A DNA stretch of 64,000 nucleotides from an uncultured Planctomycetaceae bacterium (lineage in GTDB: Bacteria; Planctomycetota; Planctomycetia; Planctomycetales; Planctomycetaceae): positions 256,001-320,000 of the forward strand of contig CAWFGE010000013.1 of NCBI GenBank assembly GCA_963815195.1, given 5' to 3'. The notes under the pieces are model-generated. The model ran no database searches. It saw only the letters and a program-made list of their open reading frames with translations, and was not told where the DNA came from. This document shows positions 10,001-20,421 of this stretch, piece by piece. Every line of letters begins with the position of its first letter. The first letter of the stretch is position 1. Made by a program: the position numbers and the translations under genes.

Positions 10001-11859
10001 ATCGTCGCTCTTTCGCGAAATGGCGGCTCCGGGATTTCAAGATGAGTTCGTTCCAACGTTCCAGGCTGATGAGCACCCAGAGGATCTCCGCGTCCCGGGC
10101 GTTCGGGTTTCGGCGGAACCGGCGAACCACGTCCGCGACCGCGCGGCGGCTTAAGAGTTCCGAGCAGAGAGACCTGGCGTCTCCCAAAGCATCCACGTGG
10201 GGGCGGAGAGCCTTGGGATCGCCCAACCACATCACCAACGGGGCCGGGCATCCGCTCTTGGGGCGATCGAAGCACGCGGCGGGCACGATGCCGCGGGCGG
10301 CTTCGTACAGCAGATGTTTCGCCCGCCAATTCTTCGTGCGGAGAGAAAGTGGGATCGACGCGATGCGGTCCGGGAACAGGCCGTCCAGATAGGGGTTCCA
10401 TTGAACCATTCCGAGCCGGCGGGCCATCGCCTGCTCGGCGGCGAGTTCCGACGACATGTTGGCCATCAAACCCAGCTCGTAAATCGCCTCCAGTTTGGCG
10501 CCGGGTCCGACGCGGTCGAGAATCGCCGTGTGATAGGGAAAGCTGTCGGCCGACCAGATGCCCAGCGATTTCGCGGATGCGGAAAGCCACTCGAACGGCA
10601 CATAGGCTTTGGCCAAAACGCAGACCATTCGCCAATCCGGTTCGCCGACGAGCCGAAATAGATCCCGCCGAGCCCGGTTGAGCCGCCCCGCCAGATTCCA
10701 CGCCCCGCGCGGGACGCGGTATCGGTCCGCGAGCCCGCGGAGGTAGAGCACCTTCTGCATCGTCACATACCAGGCGCCGCCCAAGAGGGTGTCGGCTCCT
10801 TCGCCGGCGATCACCGTTCCAACCCCTTCCTGGGCGAGCAGCTGGTAAGCGTGCCGGCGGGCGAGAAAGTTCGGATGCTCCACCGGCAGCGAGGTTTCTA
10901 TGGTGATGGCATCGAGCAATGCGGGCGTTTGCTCGGGGCGAACTTGGAGCGGCGACCAATGTTGCTCCGCGCTTCCGAGCTCTCCCACCGAGGTCCGGGC
11001 GAACTCCAGGTCGGCCGTGCGGTCGTCGAATCCATACGTTGTCAGATGCAGCCCCTTCCGCGGGGATTCGGAAAGACTCGCCGCCAGGAAGGCGCGTATC
11101 GAGTCCGCCGCTGTAGAGCATGCCGAACGTCCGGCCGCCGGCTTTGTCGTGGAACTCCCAGCCGTCTTCGAGTTCCTCGCCGAGCGCCTGCCGAATGCGG
11201 GCGACGGACGCGGCTTCTTGAACCGAGTCCCGCTCCTCCGCGGGCGGGTTCGATGTCGGTGGTGCGTAGCGTTGCTCCGAGAGCCGAACCTCTGGATGGG
11301 CGTAGTTGACGCATAGGGCCGATCCCGGCAGGATGCGGTGAATGCCCGCCAACAAATGCTGCCGATCGGCGACATGCCGCAACGTGAGGAACTGCAGAAC
11401 CGCGTGGCGGTTGATCTCGGGCGTTGCCTCGCCCCAGTCCTTTAAGTCCGCCAGTTCCGTGGAGACGACCAGGCCGCGGTTTCCCGGAAGATGCCGATAC
11501 AGGATCGGCACCGTGCCAAAGCGATCTGTTGCGGCCCAGATCTGGCGCCGCCTGCGATCGTGAACCAAGACCGCCCAACTTCCGCGAACCTGCGCGAAGA
11601 GCGAAGGCCCGGTTTCCGCCCATCGCCTGGCCAGGTATTGATTCAGCTTTTCGAAGTCCACCGTGCGGCCGCTGTGGATGAAACGCGGCCGGCCGATCCA
11701 CGCGAACTCGAGATTTCCAAGAGCGTGCCAGGTTTCCTCGCTGCCGACCGGAAACTCCAGGGCCCGATCGATCGAACAATGCAAGCGAAGCCCCGCGTCC
11801 GGTTTCGGCTGCGGCGGGCGGATGGTTTGAATGTCAGAGAGAATGGTAAATCTCCTCAT
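9993..11859 (-). CDS. Asparagine synthase-related amidotransferase (frameshift near 11095)
   Basis: The N-terminal Ntn-like part (GSWAVLVHD, ATDRFGTVPILY) and LYSGGLD lie in ORF 9931..11859. AGEGADTLLGG, KHLLYEAA and DRPKSG lie in ORF 9993..11375. One indel just after SGGLD joins them. Confidence 0.8.
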
Positions 11860-12927
11860 AACGAGCGGCGGTTTGAGACACGCTGAATTCCCGATCGAGT
11901 TTTCCGCGGCCCGCGCGTCCCATGTCCCGCCTGGCTTCCGGATGGCGAATGATCTGCCTCAGTGCCGCGGCGAGTGCCGGGGGCGATGCGGGTTCGACGA
12001 GCCGGCCGGTCACGCCGTCTTCCACCGCGGCGGGAACTCCGCCGACACGCGTGGCGACAATCGGCAAGCCGGCGGCCATGGCTTCCAGCACCGTCATCGG
12101 AAGCCCTTCCGTGCGAGAGGACAGAACGAACACGTCCAGCCCGCTCAACAATTCCGGCACGTCATGTCTTTCCCCCAGGAACGACACGCACTCCGCGATT
12201 CCCAACTCGGCGGCCTCGCGCTCCAGTGGCGAACGCAGGGGACCGTCGCCGATCACCGCCAGCCGCGCCTCCGGGCGGGCGGCGTAAAGCTCCTTGAAAG
12301 CCCGGAGCAGCGTGTGATGGTCTTTCTCCGCAGCCAGCCGGGCGACGATTCCCAAGACGCAATGCTCCGGCCCATATCCGAGCCGCGCTCGCACCCGCTG
12401 CCGATGCGCCGGTTGAGAAAAGGCTTCCGCGAGAATGCCGTTGGGAACGACGGTCACCGGAAACCGCGTCGTCTTGCACCAGCCGTGAATGATCCTCTCC
12501 ACTTCCTCCGACACCGCGACGAGGCGGTTTCGCCGCGCCAGGAATCGGCTCACCCGTGCGCCCCAGCCGGAACGCGGAATCTCGCCGCCGTGCTTGGTCG
12601 TCAGCAGCCGCGGGCGCACCGCGCGGAACTCAAAAGCCCGGCATAAATCAACGCGAGCAGGTTGTGGCAATGCAGCACATCCGGCTGGAGGCGGGCGATC
12701 TCGCGCTGCATTCGCCAGAGCCGCGAGCCGAGCCCTTTGTCGGTTCCCACAACCCGCACCTTGATGCCCGCGTTTTCCAGTTGTTCCCCGAAGTGGCCTT
12801 TTCGTTCCAGGCAGACGACGCTGGTCGGTCCGTCCTGGCGGTGCCTGACAAGTTCATGCACCAGCCGTTCCATTCCGCCGACCTCGAGCGATCGGATGAC
12901 GTGCGCCACATGCAAACCGGCAGCCAT
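11834..12927 (-). CDS. GT4 glycosyltransferase (frameshift near 12620)
   Basis: MAAGLHVAHVIRSLEVGGMER...PDVLHCHN in one frame; TKHG, VPNGI, ARLAAEKDH and SSRTEGLPMTVLEAMA in the next. One missing G (CGG[G]TG) restores the frame. Confidence 0.85.
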
Positions 12928-13952
12928 TAGTGCGACCTCCCGCTCAGATGGGCCATGACGGGACGATGATCGGACCCCACGTCCGCAAGCACTTTGCAGT
13001 CCTCGACCTGCCAGTTTGCGCCCGGCAGAATGTGGTCGATCCGAATGCCGTGCCAGCGGGTGAATTTGGTGTAACCAAACCCCGAGCCCGCGGTAGAAAA
13101 GGCATTCGGCCGATCCGACCAGAATTGCTGGTAAATCCTGCTCTCGACGGGCATGTTGAAATCGCCCGCCACGATGCGGGGGCCGAATCTCAGGTCGATC
13201 CATTGGCTGATCACGCGGGATTCGCGCTCCCGCTGGTCGGTCAGAGCCTGCAACTTGGAAATCCCGCTTCGCCCGGAAAAGAGGACCGCTTCCAAACCGT
13301 CCCGCGGCGTTTCCAAATGGAGCGTCACGCAGTCGATCGAACCGAGCGGCGATTCGACCCGGCAACCCAGCGCGATCGTGCCCCATCCTCCAAACACGGA
13401 TCGATCCAAACGCCGCGGATGGCTCAAGGGATGCCGGCTCGCAATGCACAGCGTCCCATCCTGCCGGACATGCCAACCGCGGCGGAGCGGTTCGGGCACG
13501 TCGTCAAAGTTGTTGGGCGGGCATTCTTGCAACAGCAAAGCATCCGCCGACGAGGCCGCCTCGAGCAGCCGCCACAGATTGGACCGCTCGCTCTGCAAAT
13601 TGCAGGTCACGACGCGGAATGTCTGAGACGGGTTGCCGGCGGATTGGGACGGGAAGGAAATCTCCAAGCCCAGAATCGGTCCCAAGAGCAACGCCAACAG
13701 CACCGCGTCCCACCACAGCCATTTCCGCCGGTATCGCATTGCCAGGAGAATCAACGGCAGCAAGGGCAGTCCAAAAAACCAGCGGGGCGAGAAGAGCAAC
13801 ATCGTGCCCCACCAGGTGCGGTCTCCCGCGAGATAAAGGCTCGCCGCAATCAGCGCGAGAGCCGCCCCGTAAGCACAATGCAGACCCGCCACCCAGCGCC
13901 GCATGGCGGGCTGAGAAGAAGGCGAGGAGATTGGTGACGGCGTTTGATCCAT
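12927..13952 (-). CDS. Endonuclease/exonuclease/phosphatase (EEP) family membrane protein
   Basis: Three N-terminal TM helices, VVTCNL, LLQE, LHLETP, VAGDFN, IRIDHIL, GSDHRPV. Confidence 0.88.
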   Translation of the reverse strand: MDQTPSPISSPSSQPAMRRWVAGLHCAYGAALALIAASLYLAGDRTWWGTMLLFSPRWFFGLPLLPLILLAMRYRRKWLWWDAVLLALLLGPILGLEISFPSQSAGNPSQTFRVVTCNLQSERSNLWRLLEAASSADALLLQECPPNNFDDVPEPLRRGWHVRQDGTLCIASRHPLSHPRRLDRSVFGGWGTIALGCRVESPLGSIDCVTLHLETPRDGLEAVLFSGRSGISKLQALTDQRERESRVISQWIDLRFGPRIVAGDFNMPVESRIYQQFWSDRPNAFSTAGSGFGYTKFTRWHGIRIDHILPGANWQVEDCKVLADVGSDHRPVMAHLSGRSH

Positions 13953-14044
13953 ACTTGGCGCGGGTCGCTAACGAAAATCGGTCAACGGAAAAATCAACAA
14001 CAGGCCGGCGGGACATTCCGATCGAGGGGTGAGTCAAAAGTCTC

Positions 14045-15361
14045 CTAAGACCACTGCACGGTCAGGCGGACGAACATATACGTGGCCGCCATGAAGGCAA
14101 CGCTCGCCGCCCCGGTTTGAAGCATCGAGCGCGGATTCACGCCGAACCGCGGGAGCGGCAAGTCGCAGGCGTCCAACTCGTCGGCCTCCACGCGAATCGA
14201 AGCGACGGCGATTCCCAAAATCAGGTAGGTCGGCACAATGTACGACCGCGTCAAAGACAGGCAGGACAGCCCGAAGCCGACGATGCACCCCAAGGCCGTC
14301 GCCAGGAGCCGTTGGGAGTCGATCCAATCCTCGCGGGCGGCTGTTTTGCGGAGGTCGTAGAGCAACACGACCGCCGAAAAGAACGCCCCGAAAAAACACG
14401 CCCCACCCAAAAGCCCCAGTTCGGTAAAGCAATGCAGAAACGAGTTGTGGGCCACGTGTCCGACTTCCTCGGCATATTGCCCGTACCCGATTCCCCACAG
14501 CGGCGACTGCTTGAACAATCCCAGCCCCTCCGACCACAATTGCACCCGGCTTTGCCCCGTGCCGGAGGTCATGGCGTCCTCGCGCATGCGGAACACGATG
14601 AGCACCATCGGCATCGTGGCCGCCACCCCCAGAGCCGCTTTCTTCCAGCCCCACCGGGCATAGGCCAACGTTCCGAGCGCCCCCAAAAGCGCGAGCATGC
14701 CGCCGCGCGACCGCGTGAGAAACAGCGCATACCCCAACAGCAGCATGACCGCCATCAACGGCCCGCGGCGGATTAGACCGCGCTGCTCTCCCAGAAAATG
14801 CAGGCAGAAGACGATCCCCAGGACCAGGATCATCGCGAAGTCGTTGGGATCGGCGAAAATCCCCGTGCTTTGAAGGCGATCCAACTCGAAGCTGCGGCCC
14901 GTCGCATGATCGACGACGCGCTGCTGCATCGAAGCCTTGAGTGCCGGCAGATGCCAAACGTCGAAATAGTGTAGGAGCGATAAGCCGGCGAGGACGGTCA
15001 CAAACAGCAACAAGGAAAACAGCAGTCTCCTCAGACGCTCGTGCGAATCCACAACCGCCGTCACCAGGACGTAAAACAGCACCACCTTCCCAAAGTCGAG
15101 AAGCGACCATCGCATATGCCACAGAGACAATTGCGACAAGAATGACAAAGGCACCGCCGCCAACATTCCGAGGACGCACACAGTGATGGGATTCGTTCTG
15201 AGATTGCGGATCTGCAAATTCCGCGCGATCCGCGGTGCCGACACCACGAGCGAGGCGATAATCAACCATTCATAAATCGGCCAGCCCTGCACGGCCGGCA
15301 CCAATTCCGCCGGCCGAATAAACAGCGTCGCCGTCAACAGCAGAAATAAGGCGTAGTCCAT
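14045..15361 (-). CDS. O-antigen ligase/Wzy-like polymerase family membrane protein
   Basis: Multi-TM protein with DPNDFA, TRSRGG, PLWGIGYG and VAHNSFLHCFTELG. The start could be 15361, 15421 or 15451. Confidence 0.85.
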   Translation of the reverse strand: MDYALFLLLTATLFIRPAELVPAVQGWPIYEWLIIASLVVSAPRIARNLQIRNLRTNPITVCVLGMLAAVPLSFLSQLSLWHMRWSLLDFGKVVLFYVLVTAVVDSHERLRRLLFSLLLFVTVLAGLSLLHYFDVWHLPALKASMQQRVVDHATGRSFELDRLQSTGIFADPNDFAMILVLGIVFCLHFLGEQRGLIRRGPLMAVMLLLGYALFLTRSRGGMLALLGALGTLAYARWGWKKAALGVAATMPMVLIVFRMREDAMTSGTGQSRVQLWSEGLGLFKQSPLWGIGYGQYAEEVGHVAHNSFLHCFTELGLLGGACFFGAFFSAVVLLYDLRKTAAREDWIDSQRLLATALGCIVGFGLSCLSLTRSYIVPTYLILGIAVASIRVEADELDACDLPLPRFGVNPRSMLQTGAASVAFMAATYMFVRLTVQWS

Positions 15362-15713
15362 CCGCGGTGAACGTCTCAGAAAGTCCAGAACGTCGGGAAA
15401 CCGGAACGCTCCCGGTTTCATCGTCCTCGGCGAAGGCCCGTCCTTGTCCAATCCACCAGAGATCGGCCCGGGTTCCGCTGATGGTCCCCATTAGAATTCT
15501 TTTGGACGATCGGCTGTATCGGACTATTCAACGAAACCGCGGCGGCAACCTTCGGCGGCGGGCTTAAGTGGACCCCGCGCGGATGGAGAATTTTTCACAC
15601 CGCCGAAAGGCTGCCCCTCTCTCTGGATAAGGGATCCCCACAGGGGACCTGCGGAATCTCCCCGACCTTCGATCCCGATCACCGCGCCCGACTTCGCGCG
15701 GTCTCACGCCGCA

Positions 15714-15930
15714 AAATCCGAAACTCGAATCTCGAAATCCGAAACATATTCCATGACCCGAAATTCCAATGTCCAAACCCCAGGAACGTGTTTGAAAATC
15801 TGAGCGGTCGGCGCTAGCCTCCGGCGTCTAAAGCGTCGCGTGTGTTTTTTGAAAGAAGCGATTTTGTTTGGGACATTCGGATTTTGAGTTTTGGATTTGT
15901 TTCGCATTTCGGATTTCGTGATTCGGATTT
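15714..15930. repeat. Nested palindromic element: heptamer-rich outer inverted arms enclosing a REP (family B)
   Basis: AAATCCGAAACTCGAATCTCGAAATCCGAAAC (15714..) is an imperfect inverse of GTTTCGCATTTCGGATTTCGTGATTCGGATTT (..15930). The inner ACGTGTTTGAAAATCTGAGCGGTCGGCGCTAGCCTCCGG is the near-inverse of 31076..31116. Confidence 0.7.
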
Positions 15931-16053
15931 GCACCTGAAGCAGGCTGATCCCATTGCCGCCGGCGCGAAGCGAACCGGCCCGGGAATTACAAGCACCAAA
16001 ACGCAAAAAAATCCGGGCCTTCGGGAATGGCCCAAAACGGGAAAATCGGCCCT

Positions 16054-16082
16054 TTCGCCGGCTCTTGACGGGGGGCTATAAT
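16054..16082 (+). promoter_or_regulatory. Putative sigma70 promoter for the DUF2617 gene
   Basis: TTCGCC-17 nt-TATAAT, ~50 nt upstream of the ATG. Confidence 0.35.
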
Positions 16083-16134
16083 TCAAGCCGTCTTATTCTT
16101 CCATCATTGAATTGATCTCACTCAGGAACTTGCC

Positions 16135-16677
16135 ATGAGTGTCAGTTTTGCCCGGCCCGACGTGTCCAACTTGATGTTTTACGTTTACGCGCGGGCTTTG
16201 CATCCGGAGTTGTTTTCCGTCAAAGCCGAGCGGCGGATTGAAACGGCAGACTACGAAGCCGTCGTGCAGATTTGCAATGCCGGCCACGTCCTGCGGTTTC
16301 GCCGGCAGGAGCACACGCTCGTCGAAATCATGACGGCCGAGCATCAGTTGTTCCCGCAGCACAAACGCCTCTTGGATCGCCGGATTCTCGGATGCCGGCA
16401 CGCGGCGTGCCATCCGGGCGGGGGCGTCGAATACCAGGTGAGCTTTCAGCTCGAACGTCTCGAGCCCGAAGTCTTTCACCACGCCCACGAAGAGTTGGCC
16501 CTCGACTGCCGATCGGCGGAATTGGCGTATGCGTTTCCCTCCGGGCACCGGTTCTCGCCGACCCCGCTGAGCCTGCTCCGCGTGGACGCCGACCGCAAAA
16601 GCCTCCTGGTGCACACCTTTCACACCTTCCCCGAATGCTGGGCGGTCGTGAAGACGCAGACGTTGATCGAGTTCTAG
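16135..16677 (+). CDS. DUF2617 family protein
   Basis: RPDVSNLMFYVYARALHPELF ... HTFHTFPE..AVVKTQTLIEF, preceded by AGGA. Confidence 0.75.
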   Translation: MSVSFARPDVSNLMFYVYARALHPELFSVKAERRIETADYEAVVQICNAGHVLRFRRQEHTLVEIMTAEHQLFPQHKRLLDRRILGCRHAACHPGGGVEYQVSFQLERLEPEVFHHAHEELALDCRSAELAYAFPSGHRFSPTPLSLLRVDADRKSLLVHTFHTFPECWAVVKTQTLIEF

Positions 16678-17083
16678 AGTTCGAGAGCGCCTGCACTATT
16701 AATGCGTCGCCGGGAAGCTGGGCGAACTTTGCGGTTCGCCCAGCCGATTCCGCCCATCCGTGATGCGCGGCGAAAACCTCGGCCCGCCTCGCGCGTTCCG
16801 CCGAACAGCTCATGTGGGGGACTTTGGCGAACCGACAAAACGAATTGGCCCCCCGATGTGCGCACCCAGGCGGTCCTTCGTCCGCGCTTGCCGCGGCCCT
16901 CTCGCTTGTTTCACGCATCAAAATTCGTTATTTTGATGATAACGATCATCCAAAATAGTCAATCCATTTGGGGAACTTAAAAAAAACTCCCCAACCCGCC
17001 CGACATTCCAGCCTTCCAGCCAAGGCGACGGATTGGTAATCCTACCCGTCCAATCCCGCTTTGATCTCCGAAAGGAGCACGAC

Positions 17084-18718
17084 ATGCGGCTTTCGTCGTT
17101 GTTTTGTTTCATTGCCGGCCTTGTTGTTTCTTCCGCTTGTCCCACCCAGGCGGCGGATCTGCTGCCCGCGGACCGCGAGATCCCGGCGGTGATCGATCAT
17201 TACATTGGCGAAAAGCTCAACGCCCAGGACGCCAAACCCGCTCCCCTGGCGAGCGATCTCAATATCCTCCGCCGGACCACGTTGGATCTCGCGGGCCGGA
17301 TTCCCACGCTCGCGGAAGTCGAAGATTATTTGAGTTCCTCCGCGACGGACAAGCGCCAGAAGCTCGTGGACCGCTTGCTCGCGAGCCCGGATTTTGCGTT
17401 TCATCATGCGAACGAACTCGACGCCGCCCTCATGGAAAGCTTCGCCGGCGACGGCGAGTTCCTCAAATATCTCCGCCACGCCGCCACGGAAGATCGCCCC
17501 TGGGACCAGATGTTCCGCGAGATGATTGTCGGCGATGAGGCCAAAGAGCCGCAGAAACACGCCCTCACGTTTTTGAAGAAGCGCATCGGCGATGCCGACC
17601 GCATGACCAACGACACCAGCCGGGTGTTCTTCGGCGTCGCCGTCAACTGCGCCCAATGCCACGACCATCCGCTGGTCTCCGATTGGAAGCAGGAGCACTA
17701 CTTCGGCTTCAAATCGTTCTTCGACCGCACCTATCAAACCGCGAGCAAGAACCTCGCCGAAAAACTCTCCGGCGAAGTGAAGTTCAAGACCACCGACGGC
17801 ACCGAGAAAAACGCCTCGTTCATGTTTCTGACCGGAGCCAAAGTGGAAGAACCGCAGCGCGAAGTCAGCAAAGAGCAGCGGAAGAAGGAAGAGGAGCAGA
17901 TCAAAAAGGCGATCAAGGACAAAGACGCCGAACCGCCCCTGCCGGAGTTCAGCCCGCGGGCGGAACTGGTGAAGTTGGCCCTCGATGAAAAGAACAGCCG
18001 ATTCTTCTCGCGGAACATCGTCAACCGCCTCTGGGCCAGATACTTGGGCCGGGGCCTGGTGCATCCTTTGGATCAACTCCATTCCGAAAACCCCGCGAGC
18101 CATCCCGAACTGATGGACTGGCTGACCCGCGATTTGGTGGAGCATGGCTATCATCTCCAGCGGTTGATTCGCGGGATCGTGCTCAGCGATGCCTACGCCC
18201 GCGAAAGCCGGTGGACCGGCGACGGCGAAGCCCCGTTGGATTTTCTGTTCGGCATGGCGAAGCCCCGCGTGATGACGCCCAAGCAATACGCGTTGTCCCT
18301 GTACATCGCCTCGGCCAGCCCGGAAAAATATCCGCTGGATGTGAAGCCCGAAGACTGGGCCAAGACCCGCGAGAGTCTGGAAAACGCCGCCAACGGACTA
18401 TCGAACCAGATGGAATATCCCAGCGAGCATTTCCAGGTCAGCGTGAGCGAAGCCCTGTACTTCAGCAACAACGACCGCATGCAAAACGATTTTCTCCGGG
18501 ACTCGGGCGATAAGCTCGTCGGTTATTTGAAAGGCAAAGATGATCCCGCCGAGATCCTCCGCACGGCGTTCCGCGTCACTTTGAACCGCGAACCGGAACC
18601 CGCGGAAGTCGCTGCCTTCCAACAGTACCTCGACCAAAGAGCCGACCGCCGCGTGGAAGGTTTGCAACAAATCGTCTGGGCCCTGTTGACGAGTCCCGAA
18701 CTGCGTTTCAATTACTAA
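17084..18718 (+). CDS. DUF1549/DUF1553 (PSCyt2/PSD1) domain protein
   Basis: Signal peptide, RRTTLDLAGRIPT, CAQCHDHP, NIVNRLWARYLGRGLV, NPASHPEL, WALLTSPEL. AGGAG RBS. Confidence 0.9.
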   Translation: MRLSSLFCFIAGLVVSSACPTQAADLLPADREIPAVIDHYIGEKLNAQDAKPAPLASDLNILRRTTLDLAGRIPTLAEVEDYLSSSATDKRQKLVDRLLASPDFAFHHANELDAALMESFAGDGEFLKYLRHAATEDRPWDQMFREMIVGDEAKEPQKHALTFLKKRIGDADRMTNDTSRVFFGVAVNCAQCHDHPLVSDWKQEHYFGFKSFFDRTYQTASKNLAEKLSGEVKFKTTDGTEKNASFMFLTGAKVEEPQREVSKEQRKKEEEQIKKAIKDKDAEPPLPEFSPRAELVKLALDEKNSRFFSRNIVNRLWARYLGRGLVHPLDQLHSENPASHPELMDWLTRDLVEHGYHLQRLIRGIVLSDAYARESRWTGDGEAPLDFLFGMAKPRVMTPKQYALSLYIASASPEKYPLDVKPEDWAKTRESLENAANGLSNQMEYPSEHFQVSVSEALYFSNNDRMQNDFLRDSGDKLVGYLKGKDDPAEILRTAFRVTLNREPEPAEVAAFQQYLDQRADRRVEGLQQIVWALLTSPELRFNY

Positions 18719-18729
18719 AGGCGAGCGTG

Positions 18730-18820
18730 GGGCGTAAGCCCGGGCGTAAGCCCCATGATCACTCGCAAACTCATTAAAACATTCCACATGACCAGGGGGC
18801 TGACGCCCCCCGCTCGCCTG
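18730..18820. repeat. REP-like palindromes (GGGCGTAAGCCC / GGGGCTGACGCCCC)
   Basis: Short GC-rich palindromes in the intergenic gap. A similar GCGGGCTTACGCCCGC lies at ~29056. Confidence 0.5.
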
Positions 18821-18842
18821 ACAATCAGCGGAGCAGAATAAC

Positions 18843-20155
18843 ATGAAACAACAAAAAGGCCGAAACAGTTTCTGTGGTTCGCCGGAGCATCCCATCAGCC
18901 GGCGGGGATTCCTCGGAACGACCGCAGGCCTCGGAGCGGCGGCGTTTGCGGCGGACATGACCATTCTCGATCACCTCAAAAACCCGCTGATGGCGGGCGA
19001 GCTCAAGAAGCAGCAAAAGCACGTGATCCTGTTGTGGCTCGCGGGCGGGGCCAGCCAGCTTGAAACCTGGGATCCCAAACCGGGCCGACCGACCGGCGGC
19101 CCGTATCGGCCCATCAAAACCGATGTCCCCGGCATCGAGATCAGCGAGCTATTGCCCAAGATGGCCCAGCGGATGAAGCACACCGCGATCATCCGCTCGC
19201 TCAACACCCGCATCGCGGACCACGGCGGCGGCGCGAGCCTGATGGAACTCGGCCGCCGGCAGGAGCCGGCCTTCAACTATCCCGACCTGGGGGCCATGTG
19301 CGCCCGCGAACTGCGCGGGCCGACAGCCCGGTGCCGGATTACGTCTCGATGTACTCCTCCACCGAAGGCCGGCGAAAAGGCACGTCCGGCTTTTTGGGTT
19401 CGCGGTTCGCTCCCATGTTCCTCTCGGACAAGATGGTGCCCGAAAACATCAATCGGCCCTCAGGCATCAGCGAAGTCGATCACCAGGCCCGAAACGACCT
19501 GCGGGAACTGTTGGCGAATCGTTTCGAGCGGGAGCGATCCACCAACGTCATCGCCAGCCACAACTACGCCTACCAGCGCGTGCGGGGTTTGATGGCCAGC
19601 GAGGAACTGTTCGACATCACCAAAGAGCCGCAAAACATGATCGATCACTACGGCCCCACGCAGTTCGGCCAGCAGTGCCTGATCGCCCGCAGGCTCGTCG
19701 AAGCCGGCGTGCCGTTCGTCAAAGTCGCCCGCGCCTGGTGGGACAGTCACGGCCAGAACTTCGAGACGCACCGCGAACTGTGTGCCGACCTCGACCACGC
19801 CATGACCGCCTTGATCGACGACCTCCAACAGCGAGGCCTGCTCGAACACACCCTGATCATCACCTTGGGCGAGTTCGGCCGCACGCCGCGGATCAACGCG
19901 AGTCTCGGACGCGATCACTTCGCGAGCGCCTGGAGCACATCGCTCACCGGTTGCGGCATCAAAGGCGGCTCCGTCTACGGCAAGACCGACGACGACGGCA
20001 ACACGGTGAAGGAGGGCGAAATCAAAGCCGGCGACCTGTTCGCCACGATCTTCGACGCGTTGGGCATCGGCCACAAAACCGAATACTACATCGGCTCCCG
20101 CCCGATCCCCATCGTGGACTTCGGCTCGAAACCGGTCAAAGAAGTCCTCGCCTAA
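18843..20155 (+). CDS. DUF1501 domain protein, Tat-exported (frameshift near 19313)
   Basis: SRRGFL Tat motif and LLWLAGGASQLETWDPKP, then ARRLVEAGVPFV, WDSH and GEFGRTPRIN..GRDH. One missing G (CTG[G]CG) joins the two ORFs. Confidence 0.9.
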
Positions 20156-20167
20156 ATCCCAAAGAGT

Positions 20168-20393
20168 TTTTCAACGCAAAGGCGCAAAAGAGAAGACGCA
20201 AAGGGCCGCAAAAAAAAAGGTGGTAAAGAGATACCCGTCTGTGCGGACGATTTGATTTCGCAAAGACAAGAATGTCTGTGCCACCTTGCCATGAAAGGAA
20301 AAAGCGATCCTAAAGATTGTAAGACTTGATGATCACCTGATGAAATCTTCCTTTGCGTTCTCTGCGTCTTCCCTTTGCGCCTTTGCGTTAAAA
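20168..20393. repeat. Nested palindromic element: ACGCAAAGGCGCAAA outer arms enclosing a GGTGGCACAGACATTC-type REP pair
   Basis: 20168..20213 and 20351..20393 form a ~43-bp imperfect inverted repeat. Inner pair: GGTGGTAAAGAGATACCCGTCTGTGC and GCAAAGACAAGAATGTCTGTGCCACC. Confidence 0.7.
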
Positions 20394-20421
20394 CCGTTTT
20401 GAAAACGAAGGACAAAGCATC

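Noticed and set aside
15704..16086. Small ORFs upstream of the EPS cluster
   Set aside because: They are translations of the nested repeat element.
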